From an uncultured Gammaproteobacteria bacterium (lineage in GTDB: Bacteria; Patescibacteriota; Patescibacteriia; Veblenbacterales; UBA10138): a DNA stretch of 64,000 nucleotides. The notes beneath the pieces were generated by a model. That model ran no database searches. It was not told the DNA's origin and saw only the letters and a list, made by a program, of their open reading frames with translations. The stretch lies in assembly GCA_964453605.1 (NCBI GenBank), contig CAYVOI010000001.1, forward strand, positions 804,095 through 868,094. Direction: 5' to 3'. Shown piece by piece: positions 19,413 to 30,400 of the stretch. A program made the position numbers and the translations under genes. Numbering within the stretch: the stretch's first letter is position 1; each line of letters begins with the position of its first letter.

Positions 19413-20771
19413 TTACCGGGTAGGGCTGGGGGTAGGCTGACTGGTGTTGGTGTTTACTGGCGCAGCCGGCGAGGTGAGCGTAAAGAGCTGCAGCATAGCT
19501 CTGAACAGGTGGTAGTAAGAGGCTTGGGTGTTCGTGCCGATGTTATAGCTTAAGGTGATGAGGTAGTGGTCGGTGGCCAGGTAAGCGTTTAAGCCGTCGA
19601 GCGACATAGCCCAGGTGGTACTACCCACGGTGACAGTGGGAACCTCAGCCGCCGTAAGCCCCGAGACCTGCTTAGCGTACCAGGCCGAAGCGCTGAGCTT
19701 CTCTGGGTTATCAACTACCAACACCTCCACGAACTCACTGGCGTCGGTACCGGTGAAGACTACCTCGGTGCCCTCTTTATCAGTGGCGCGCGCCAACCAG
19801 GCTTTGGGATACTTGAGGCTGTAGCCAAAGCGGTCACTCTGGTAGGTAGCGAGATAGCTCGAAGCTTCGAGCTTAGCCCCGCCGCCAACGGCGGGGTCAA
19901 ACCCGGCCGCCACCTCAGCGCCATCGGCGTAGGTATCACCATCGGTGTCAAGCTTGGCTGGGTCAGTGCCGAAGAGGTGCTCCTCGGCGTCAGTGAGGCC
20001 GTCCTGGTCAGCGTCGACGGTCGGCGAAGGCGGTGTTACCTGCCGTGGTGTACCTGGGCTGGTCGACGGTGTAGGTGTGCTGGCTGTGGCATCTACCCCT
20101 TGAGGCGTAGCCTGGTGATCGCCGGGCATAAGACCAGCCGCACCCTCTTCTAAGCGGAAGCTCAGGGTGTAGCTTGAACCATCACTGCTCAGGTAGAGGT
20201 AGTCGGCACCTCCCGGGGTGGGGTTAGCTGGCACCTGAGCCAGGTAGGTTGTACCCTGTGCCGCACTGGCGAAGCCGGCGCTCGAAAACGTTTTGGACGA
20301 TTCGCCACCAAGAACGAGGGGCAACGGACTCACCGGGTAGCGGCCACCGTTGTCAGCCGCGTAGAGCTTGAGCATAGACTGCAACGTACTCACGTCACCA
20401 TAGCGGATGCGGTCGCGCTCGGCTGGGGTGGTGCTCGGGGTGGCAGGTGCTGGTGCGGCTGGTTGGTTGGTGGTCGGGCTAACCACCGGGGTAGCCAGCG
20501 GCGAGGGTTCAGGCACTGACGGAGGAGCACTACGGAAGAAGGCGAGGTAGGTTCCACCCGCGCCAACGGCCACCAGTACTCCCACCATGAGCCACACCCA
20601 CCAGCGCTTCGGCTTACCGCCGCCCGGTTGAGGTACGGGGCCTGGCGTGGCCACGTTCCCACCTAAGGGCTGGGGCATGGTGTAAATTTCACCCCACGGT
20701 TCTGCTTTAGGCGCAAGGGGCGCTGGGTTTATCTCAGCCTCGGCGGGTTGCTTCTTAGCAAAACCAAACAT
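19413..20771 (-). CDS. Membrane-anchored Pro/Thr-rich protein with thrombospondin-type-3-like Ca-binding aspartate repeats (452 aa).
   Basis: Single TM helix (WWVWLMVGVLVAVGAGGTYLAFF). Long P/T/S-rich linker. DADQDGLTDAEEHLFGTDPAKLDTDGDTYADG (DxDxDG repeats). Globular C-terminal domain. Confidence 0.6.
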   Translation of the reverse strand: MFGFAKKQPAEAEINPAPLAPKAEPWGEIYTMPQPLGGNVATPGPVPQPGGGKPKRWWVWLMVGVLVAVGAGGTYLAFFRSAPPSVPEPSPLATPVVSPTTNQPAAPAPATPSTTPAERDRIRYGDVSTLQSMLKLYAADNGGRYPVSPLPLVLGGESSKTFSSAGFASAAQGTTYLAQVPANPTPGGADYLYLSSDGSSYTLSFRLEEGAAGLMPGDHQATPQGVDATASTPTPSTSPGTPRQVTPPSPTVDADQDGLTDAEEHLFGTDPAKLDTDGDTYADGAEVAAGFDPAVGGGAKLEASSYLATYQSDRFGYSLKYPKAWLARATDKEGTEVVFTGTDASEFVEVLVVDNPEKLSASAWYAKQVSGLTAAEVPTVTVGSTTWAMSLDGLNAYLATDHYLITLSYNIGTNTQASYYHLFRAMLQLFTLTSPAAPVNTNTSQPTPSPTR

Positions 20772-20776
20772 AAAGC

Positions 20777-21409
20777 TTAGGGCTGGGTGGTTGGCAGGTT
20801 CAAGAGTTTCCCGGGGCCCGCGGGGTTGTACCCGTTGTGCACTTCCACGCCGTCGGGGTAGCCATCGCCGTCACTATCAACCTTCAGCGGATTGCTGTGG
20901 TAGATGTTCACCTCTTCACCATCGAACAGGCCGTCGCCATCGGTATCAGGGTTGTGGGGGTCAGTACCCAAGGCTTGCTCCTGCTCGTCGCTCAGACCAT
21001 CGCCGTCACTGTCGGTACCGCTGGGGGCGGGTGAGGCGGTTACGGCCGCTGGTTCAGCCGAGGTGGGGGTAGGCTGAGGAGACTGCAGCGGCGGGTTGGT
21101 GGCCGTTGGCGCAGACGACTGCGCCGAGCTGCGGTGCGACCACCACCAGTAGCCCCCCGCTAGTACTGCCCCCGCCAGCACGAGACCGCCAACCACCGCC
21201 CAGCGCAGGCCGGGGCGAGGTTCTGCCAACGGAGGCATGATGGGTACGTTCGAGGGCTGCACAGGAGCAGCCGGCGTCAGGGGCGAGACCGTCGGGCGGG
21301 GAGTAGGCGCTGCCGGCGGCAGCGTGCTCGGGGCTGAAACTGGTTCAGGCCCGGCAAAAATGTCTTCCACACCTTGGTTCGTCGAGGTACTGCCAACGTT
21401 TTCAAACAT
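20777..21409 (-). CDS. Paralogous membrane-anchored TSP3-like Ca-repeat protein (210 aa).
   Basis: Same architecture as the neighbouring gene. It has a TM helix, a Pro-rich linker, and the repeats [39 protein letters not shown]. Confidence 0.6.
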   Translation of the reverse strand: MFENVGSTSTNQGVEDIFAGPEPVSAPSTLPPAAPTPRPTVSPLTPAAPVQPSNVPIMPPLAEPRPGLRWAVVGGLVLAGAVLAGGYWWWSHRSSAQSSAPTATNPPLQSPQPTPTSAEPAAVTASPAPSGTDSDGDGLSDEQEQALGTDPHNPDTDGDGLFDGEEVNIYHSNPLKVDSDGDGYPDGVEVHNGYNPAGPGKLLNLPTTQP

Positions 21410-21465
21410 AGGGGAATGGTGTAGTCGTACGTACTACCGTAGTATACAGCAAGAGAGGCCTGAAG

Positions 21466-24400
21466 TTAATTGCCTGGCGGAATAACGGCCGCAGTGGTAA
21501 AGCTCACCACGCTCCCGAAGCTCAGGCCCTGGCTATTCTGTGCCACGGCACAGTAGCGGTAGGTGGCGCTCGAGTTCAAACCGTTCAGGGTAAAGCTGAA
21601 GGGCAGTGATGAAGCGCCACTGCCAAGGTTAGCGCTTGGGCTAGTGACATTCGGTAAGCTCGTGCAGGCGACGTTCGCTGCACCCCAGCGGAACCAGGCG
21701 GTGGTGGCCAGGCCATTGGGATTACCCTGGCCGTTGAGCCGAGCACCGGAGGTGGTAATAGATGAGGCGGGCGAGGTAGTAACACTTGGTGGGGCAGGCT
21801 GCACAAAGGTAGCTGTCACCGTAGTGTTACTGTTCATAGTAATCGTGCAGGGGCTGGTGCTGCAGCCGCCACCGCTAAACCCGGCAAAGGTTACGCCTGA
21901 CCCGGGGTTAGCCGTGAGCACCACGGCGCTACCCGCAGGGTAGGGGCCGGGGGAGGGGTTCACGGTCACCGTACTCGTAGCCGCCCCCGAGCCCTGCAAG
22001 AAAACGGTTAAGCTATAGAGCGGCGTGCTGGTAAAGGTGGCGGTGACGGTGGTAGCCCCACTGATGGTGGTGGTGCAGGGGCTGGTGCTGCAGCCGCCAC
22101 CGCTAAACCCAGCAAAGGTAGAGCCGGGGTCGGGGTTAGCGGTCAGGCTAACACTCGTGCCGGGCGGGTAGGTGTAGGTACAGGCGGCCGCACTGCAGTT
22201 GGCGTTCGGCGGGTTCACATCAATAGTTCCAGTGCCGGTACTAGCAGAGCTGCGGTTGAGGGTGAGCGTTACCGCGGTAAAGGTAGCGGTCACGGTGAGC
22301 GTAGCGTTGGTGGTGTGGCTGGCGTCCAGAGTCACTTGGCATTGGCCGTTGCTCGGGCAACTGAAGCCTGGGTCAGTGGAGGACCAACTAACGAACCCAC
22401 CTTTACTTGCCACAGCGTTGAGGGTCACCGTGCCCGGGTTGTAGGTCGCACTACAGGTAGCACCGCAATCGATTTTCGTGTCAGTGCTCGACACCGTGCC
22501 ATCGGCTCCACCGTTCAGGGTCTTTTGTACCGTGAGCTGGTAAGCGGTAAAGGTAGCCGTCACGGTAGCGTCGGTGGTGCCCATGGTAACGGTGCACTGG
22601 GTACCGACTGAGCTGGTACAGCCGGTCCAGCCAGCAAAACTGCCCACACCTGTGGTAGTGGCAGTAAGGGTGAGGGTGGTGCCGTCTTGGTACTGTGCGT
22701 TGCAATCGGGGTCACAGTTTATACCGGGGTGCGAGGGGTCGCTCGCGACGTGGCCGCTCGTGGCACCGAGCCCCGACTTGGTAACCTTCAGAGCGTGCGA
22801 GGGCGCGACCTTGAACTTGGCCTGTACCACTACGTCACTGCTGGCAGTGAACGTACAGCTCTGGCTGCCCGCGGCCGCGCAGGTGGGGTCAGCCCAGCTA
22901 TCAAAAACGTAGCTCACGCCAGCGACAGTTTCTGCTGAGGGGCTCAACGTTACGCTCGAGCCAGCCACAAAGCGCCACAGGCAGTTGTTAGTTCCGCTGG
23001 GGCAGCTCTTGCCGCCCGGGGTTGAGGTCACGTTGTGGTTAGTGGTGTCAACGGTACCGACCAGCTTCTCCACCGTAACCTTGTGGGTAAGGGCAAAGGT
23101 GGCGGTGACGGTGGTATCGCTATCCATGGTCACGTTGCAGGTGTGCGGTGGCGGGGTGGATGGGGTTGGCTGGCAGGCGCTCAAGCTCCAGCCGGTAAAA
23201 ACGGAGTCCACGTCCTCGGCCGCCGTCAGCGTTACCACCACGCTGCCGCTCTTGGGGTACGCTTCAGTACACGAGGTGCCGCAGTTTATAGCCTCGCCGT
23301 AGGGGTTGCCCAAAACGGTCGGCTGGTTACCGGTCACCGTTCCCCCACCGGTGCCGCTCTTGCGCACGGTGAGTGTGGCCTTGAGGGCGAAGGTAGCAGT
23401 CACCCTAACCCCGGCCACGAAGGGGGGGCCTAGGGCGTCAGCCGTATTCATGGTTACGCTACAAGGATCGGTACCTGAGCACGCTGGCGAGCCGGCAACG
23501 GTCCAGCCAACGAAGAGCGAATCGGCATCTGGCGTAGCGGTGAGCTTGACGATGTCCGTAGGGCTTTTCTCATACGCCTGGTCGCAGTGCGAGCCCCCTA
23601 CGCCACAGCTGATAGGGTTAGTATCGGGTAGGTTACTGGTAACTGTACCGGCACCACACTTGCCTGTAACAGGGTCACAGGCCCCGTACATAGCTGTGCT
23701 GACGCTCAAACTGGAACGCAGAGCAAACGTAGCAGTAATAGTAGTGTTACTAGTGATATTTACTGTACACGTACCAGTACCACCGCAATCAGCCGCACTC
23801 GCCGGACTCGCCACCCAACCGACAAAGTAGTAGAGAGAAATGTCGCTATCCTTTGGGTAGTGGCCAAGCACTACGGTAGTGCCCCTGATGTAAGTAGTAG
23901 TAGCAGTCGTACAGGCTGAGCCACAGTTTATCTTCGGCGTAGATTCGTTACTCGTCACGGTGCCCTGTGACCCGTTGTTGAGTACCTTGTTCACCGTTAA
24001 CGTATACGTTACCGCGGTAAAGCTGGCAGTTACTGAACGCGCCTGGTCCATGGTTACGGGACAGGTGCCTACCCCAGGGCAGCTGAAGCCGGGGTCAGGG
24101 GAGGACCAACCAGTAAACGTTGAATCGGTATTGGCGCGCGCGGTCAGGGTAACAGAAGTTCCACCGCTGTAGCTGGCGGCACACGACGAACCGCAAGTAA
24201 TGCCGGGGTGGGCGGCATCGCTTGTTACCGTACCGCTGCCAACCCCGCCCTTTTGCACGGTGAGCGCGTAGCTGGGGCGGGCAAAGGTAGCGGCTACATT
24301 GGTAATGGCAGTTACGGTGACCGTGCAGCTCGAGCTACTACCCGTACAGGCTCCAGTCCAACCGGAGAACACTGAACCGGTGCCTGGGTTGGCGGTGAGG

Positions 24401-27400
24401 GTAACCTGGGTGCCACTGCTGAAGGACGCGCTACAGGGCGAAATAGCCGTGCCACAGCTGATGCCGGCGGGTGAACTCGTTACCGTGGCGCTGGCACCGG
24501 CGGCTATGGTGGCGGTGACGTTGAGCGCGTACTGCGGTACAAAGCTAGCTGTTACCTGCTGGTTGGCAGCTGGCATGGTGAACGTACAATCACCCAGTCC
24601 GCTACACAGGCTGCTGCTCCAACCGCTAAATACCTGCCCGCCGGTCGAGGACATGTGGAGCGTGACCGAACTACCGCTCACGTAGCTCTGGGTGCAGGGG
24701 CTGCTGCTGGTGCAGGGGGAGCCGTTGGCTGTTACCGTACCGGCACCCACTACCTTAACATTCAAGCTGTAAGAAATTTGTGCAAAGGTGGCGGAGACCG
24801 ACACCGTACTACCAGACAGCGTCAGTGGACAGGTAGCACTACTAGCAGCTGAAGCGCAAGCTCCACCCCAGCTCAAGAACCGGCTCCCTGGCTGCGGCGT
24901 GGCCGTGAGCGTTACCCGGCTCCCCGGCGTGTACTGCGCCAAGCAGGTTGAGCCACAGCTTATCTTGGGTGAGGCTTCACTGCTCGCTACCACACCAAAG
25001 GTCGAGGGTGTGCTGATGGAGAGGTTGGTGTACTGGTAGTTAATGGTACGCACCACGCTCTCACAAGCATCGCCCGGAGGAATGGTAATGGCATCGCCTG
25101 ACCCCTTCCACCAGGTGACGTTCTTGAACTCGGCGTTAAAGCTCAGGGTAGCGTTGGTTGAGCTTATAGCTTTATACTGGTACACGTGCGAACCGTCGGG
25201 GCACTCGAACGCTTTGGTGCTCTGGTTCCAGCAGGTGGACTGATCAAACCCAGCACTCGCACTGCACTGCGGCCCGGCCGGTGGAGCGGGTAGGTTAAAG
25301 GTATTAACGGGGTCAATTGGTAAGCTGCCGCCGAGATCGCTCGCCAGGTTTTGCTGCCACGACGACCAGCGACTCACGCTGCGCCCAGCCAGGAACGAAC
25401 CAGCGGTAAGCTGCGGCACGGTGTTGGTGTGCTGAGCAGTGTAGCCGTCGAGCCTGGCCTGCACCACGCTCATGTCGGTAAGGCGCCTGAGGTCGCGCTG
25501 AATTTCGTCCTTACTGGTAGACACATTGGTGTTGAACGTCCAGCTTGAAGCCAGCTCTTGGTAGAGTGCCGTGGTGGTGGGGCCGGCCCCCAGGCTGTAG
25601 CCAAAGACGTACAGATCAGTCTCAAAGTTGTCATCAGGTTGGCCAACGGTGTGGGGCTGACCAGTACGGCACCCTGGCCCCGACGAGAGATGACAAAAGT
25701 TGGTAGCCGACACGTAGAGCGTCGAGCCGTCTTGCCCCGCGGCGTAGCCATCCACCGTGGTATCGCTCAGGCTACCCTTAACAATGTCTGGCCGACTCAG
25801 GTACCACTGGCGGGGCGAAAGAGTTAAGAGCTGGTTCCGGTAGATTCTGAGGCCCAGCACGTCGCTATTCACGTCGTTGGTGAGAAAGTACTCGCGCGAC
25901 ACATCACCCGTACCGCTGCCACCGCCTACCACACTGAGCGACGGCAGCACGTTACCAGACGTGGCCTGGAGCACCACCGAGTCAAAGTAAATCGGGTTCA
26001 GGGTGGCGGGTTGAGCGCTGGCGTTGGCGTACAAGCAGATGGTGTAATCTTTCCTGGGGCCACTGTCGAACGCTACCTGGAGCTTCTGCCAGCCCACCGC
26101 GGGAGCGGACAGCGTGCTGGCGTAGCGAAAATCAGTCCGGCACGAGGTGTCGCTCGTCATAACCATGGTTGCACCAACTATCGGACTGTTGGCGGGCAGG
26201 TAGACCAAGGCGGAAGCTACGTAGCTGGTATGCTGTGTCAGCCCGGTAATTTGCCGAGTCAGGGTGTACTGGCCATTGGCTACGTCGGCCTGTGTTGCCA
26301 CGTGGGTAGCGGCCGCGCTCATAGTATCCCCGGCTGTACTCGGCCCAGGCGGAGACGGCGTCACCGCCGGCTGCCAGCCCGCTCCACCCTGCACCGTCCA
26401 CCCCGTTAAACCAGAACTAAAGCTGTCATTGCTCGTCACGAAGTTGCCACCCGTTGCTGCCACGGTACCTGCTCGGCAATAGCGCAGGCGGAAGTGGTAG
26501 TCGTCGTCCTTGAACTCCCAGGGCAGCTCGCACAGGTACACCTCGAGCGAAGCCTCCGCACGAGCAGACCCAATGGTAGGACCAGCGTCACCTGTCACCT
26601 TGAGCGTGGCTTGGCCGTTGCGCGCTGCCGCGCTGACCGTGGCTTGATTGGCTGAAGAGGTGTAGCCCACCACGTTGGCCGGGTCGTTCTTGCTCCAGGT
26701 GTAGGTGACCCCGCTCAGCAGGCTGCCATCAGGCGCTAGGGCTGAGGCGGTAAAGGTTTGGCTCTGACCGGCCGTACTAAACGTATAGCTAGCTGGCATT
26801 ATGCTGACGTGGTCAAGCTTGCAGATATTAGAGCCGGTGCCAAAGCTCAGCTGTGCATCGCTCGGCATGGTGCCACCGCTCGTAGTCTTCAAACCGCTGA
26901 CCCCGCCCACCATCGTCAGGGTGAAGTTTTGCAGTGGCAGTAGCGGAGAGTTTGGGCTGACCAGCACCACATTGGGCGAAGAAGCAGACACCCGAACGCT
27001 CACCGGTATAGGCAGCGATGTCAGGGGTGGCGGTTGGTTCACCATGTCAAGCCTGACGGTGGTAGCGGTCACGCTGGCGGCGCTCAGGGGTTGATCAAAA
27101 GTCAGCTGCAGCTCGACATTGCGACAGACGTTGGCAGCGCCTGCAGCAGGCACCGAGGAAACAAAATTGAGCGGCGCTGGCGGTAGCACCAGGCCTACAG
27201 TGTTGACGTTCAGGTAGAGTGGGTTGCTGACCAAGGGTACAGTTTGGTAGTTTGGTACCCAGCTACCAATACAGGTACTGCCGAGTTGGATGCCCGAACA
27301 CTTCAGCCCCACCTGCACCGTGGCTACGCGCTGCAGGGTGACGTCACCAGAACGGGTAGTTGGATTAGCATTCACAGTTACTTGAGTGGAGCTCCACGTA

Positions 27401-30400
27401 CCAACTGGCGCGGGATCAATGTTCGCGAGTACCACCTTGTGGCTTACATCCGGGGGTACGCTGCTGAACGCATCGCCGTAGAGCGTTACGGTGGTAGGTA
27501 AATTAGTGATGGGTCCGCTCAGATTATTCGGTGGTGCAAACGTAAGCTTACATAATCCCGGTATGAGCGGCAGGTTGCTATCATAATGGAAGGTCTGACT
27601 GTGAGTGACGTCAGTGGTAAGGCCAGCAGCAGTGGTAACGGTCACCAAAGCATCACCGCTACCCGCCGGGGCCTTAACCACAATTTCGGTATCAGTCCAG
27701 TGACCGCAGTAGAGCGGCAGTGGAGCAGAGAGTGTGCCAGCAAACGACACGGTACAAGGCGCACCTGAGGTGCTACCGAGTGAGGCACAAGTACCAAAGT
27801 TGCCTCCCCTCACTGTCACCCAAGTGCCCGCCGGGCCGGTTGAGGGCGTAAGGCTAGTAATGAACGGCTCGCCGGAGAAGGTAACGCCGTTTGAGGTTTG
27901 AAGGTCTGGCGACCCGATAGTGCCATAATTCACAGTCACCCTAAGGGGCCCCGTACGCACACTGGCCGGAATGTTGGGGGTAGTAATAGTAATTTGCTTG
28001 TCTGACCAATTTACTACCTGCCCCGCCCCCATGAGCTTAAACTTGTTGGGGTAGGTAACGTATGGTGGAACCGAACCGTCGGATGGGTTCTCGTTCAGGC
28101 TAGCGCTCGGCACACAGGGCGTAGAGCTACCGCCGCACACCAAGCTCGCAAAACTATTGGATATGACATCGGTATGGTTGTCGGTAAAATGACGTCCGGT
28201 GATGACAACGGTGGTATTAGCAGGCCCAGCCGTCGGGGCAATGGAACAAATGCCAGGGCGGATGGTTGAAGTAACGGTAAAGGTGGGATGGAGTGAGGCG
28301 GCGTTGGCGGCTGAAGAGCCCGCGCCATTTACTACCTCCACGGTCTTCGTGCCCGTAAGACCATCGGGCACCACCACCACAATTTCGGTATCAGTCCAGT
28401 GACCACAGTCAGCAATGGGAGCAACTACACCACCAAACTTTACCTGTCCCCCACCACCAAAATCCTGACCAGTTATGGTAACAACGGTTGCGGCGTCGCC
28501 CGTGGCGTTACCGTCCACTGGCGTCATGCCGGTTATCTTGGGTAGTGTCACCGGCCCAGGCGGCGTTCCAGGCTGGACACTATAAGGCGCAGTGTTAGAT
28601 TCAAGGTTACTTGAGTTGACAACCGTCACCAAGCTAGTTGGCACGCTGATGCTACTCGGGGTAGTAGCGGTAATTTGCTTATCTGCCCACGAACCAGCCA
28701 GCGGGGTAACGGCAGCGGTCTGGTTGGCTGGGCTAATGCTACCGTTGTAATACTTCACCTGGCCCACCGCGGCACCGAACTGGTTACCTTTCAAGGTAAC
28801 GAGTGCTTTTGTTGGATCAGTCAGGTCTGATTGATAGACCGAGCTCGGCGTGGCGCTGCAGAGCCCTGGTGGCTGTATGGCACTGTTGACTGTGTATAAA
28901 GCACTCGCATTACTCTGAACGCCATCTGTTCGCTTGACCCACAGGGGTCCGTTGGTAGCGTCGTCAGCTGTAGAGGCGGTAGAAGTATCTGGCACTTCGC
29001 TTAAGATATGTGTGTTGGTCCAGGTCGGCGCTGAACAAAGCGCTGGGTTAGGCCAGGTACCCGGCACGGGCGGGGTGCCGCTGTGGGTGTAGAGTACTGT
29101 GCCCTGGCTGTTGCCAAAGTAGCAACCGTCAATACCAACCCAGGTACCAATGGCGCCAGTAGTGGGGCCTATACTCTTAATAACCGGCGTACAGGTGCCA
29201 AGAGAGCAGACAGAGCCTGTGCACAGTCCTGCTTGCGTGCAATCTGGAGTACTGCTACAAGCCGTGTCGGAGAGGTACAGGCTATTAGTATCGCTAAAGC
29301 CTGCGGCAGCAGCCTTGATGGTGATAGGCGGCGAGGGGTCGGGGAAAGTGTTAGCCGCTACCTGCTTTTTTGAAGTATCAGCCGGTGCGGTGGGGGCAGG
29401 GTTAATAACAGCATACGAGTTATTGGTCCCCGACTTGGTCCAGCTCCAGCTGTATGATGCCGGGTTCAGCGCGTTACAGTTGTTAGCCTGAGGAAAAGCT
29501 TGGTAGTCTACAGTATCGGTGGGTGTACGGATATAGGCTGGCTGTGTACTCCCTGGGCTAAGTTGCACGCTAGAGAGGTTGCAGACACCCCCGCCAGTTT
29601 GGAAGTGCCATGTATAGGGGAAACCCATGGGCTCACTGGCTGGCGGCGCACTCTTTACCGTGCCGTCGATGGTTACCTGGAACCACTGGCTTGAGGCAAG
29701 CGAGGCGGGGGTAAAGGTAAAGCCCGAGTTAGCCGGGAAGCTGAAAGTCCCAGCCACATTGGTGGTGGGTGCGTTACAGGTAGTTTGATTGCTCCCTGGA
29801 CCACACTGCAACACATGAACACTAGAGCTGCTAATGGTGCTCTGGTCCATGGCGCGGTCGAACCGCGCCATAATGAGCGCGTTGGTACAGGCGGTGGCGG
29901 GGTTAGCAGGGTCGTAAGCCGGGGGACTTGGGCTCTGCAGGTTGGTACTGCAGGCTAAGTCTTGCACCACGCTCGGCGCCGGCTGACACGGCACGTTAAA
30001 GTAGAGTGGATTACTCGCGGGCAGGTTAGGAAGCTGCACGCTAATGGGGTAGGCACCGTTACCAAAAGAAGAGTCAATCACAAAACCACTAATGCTAACG
30101 TCTGACCACGGGCCAGATGGACTTAAAGTGCGTGACCCCACTACTACTGAATTGGGTACAGGCGATGTGTTGCCAAACCGAACGCCGGTGAGCGTCATAT
30201 TAGGAGTGGAACCGCTCATGGCCTTACACATCACCGGGCCAATCGAACATAAGCCCGGCCCCACCGGCGAGTTATCAACTATGAAAGTTTGGGTATTGCT
30301 CTTGTTGCCGCTGGCATCAACCACCTGCACTTTGTACGAACCCTGCGGCAGGGTGGTTGGTATGCGTATCACAATCTGCGAACTACCCCACGAAGTAGCA

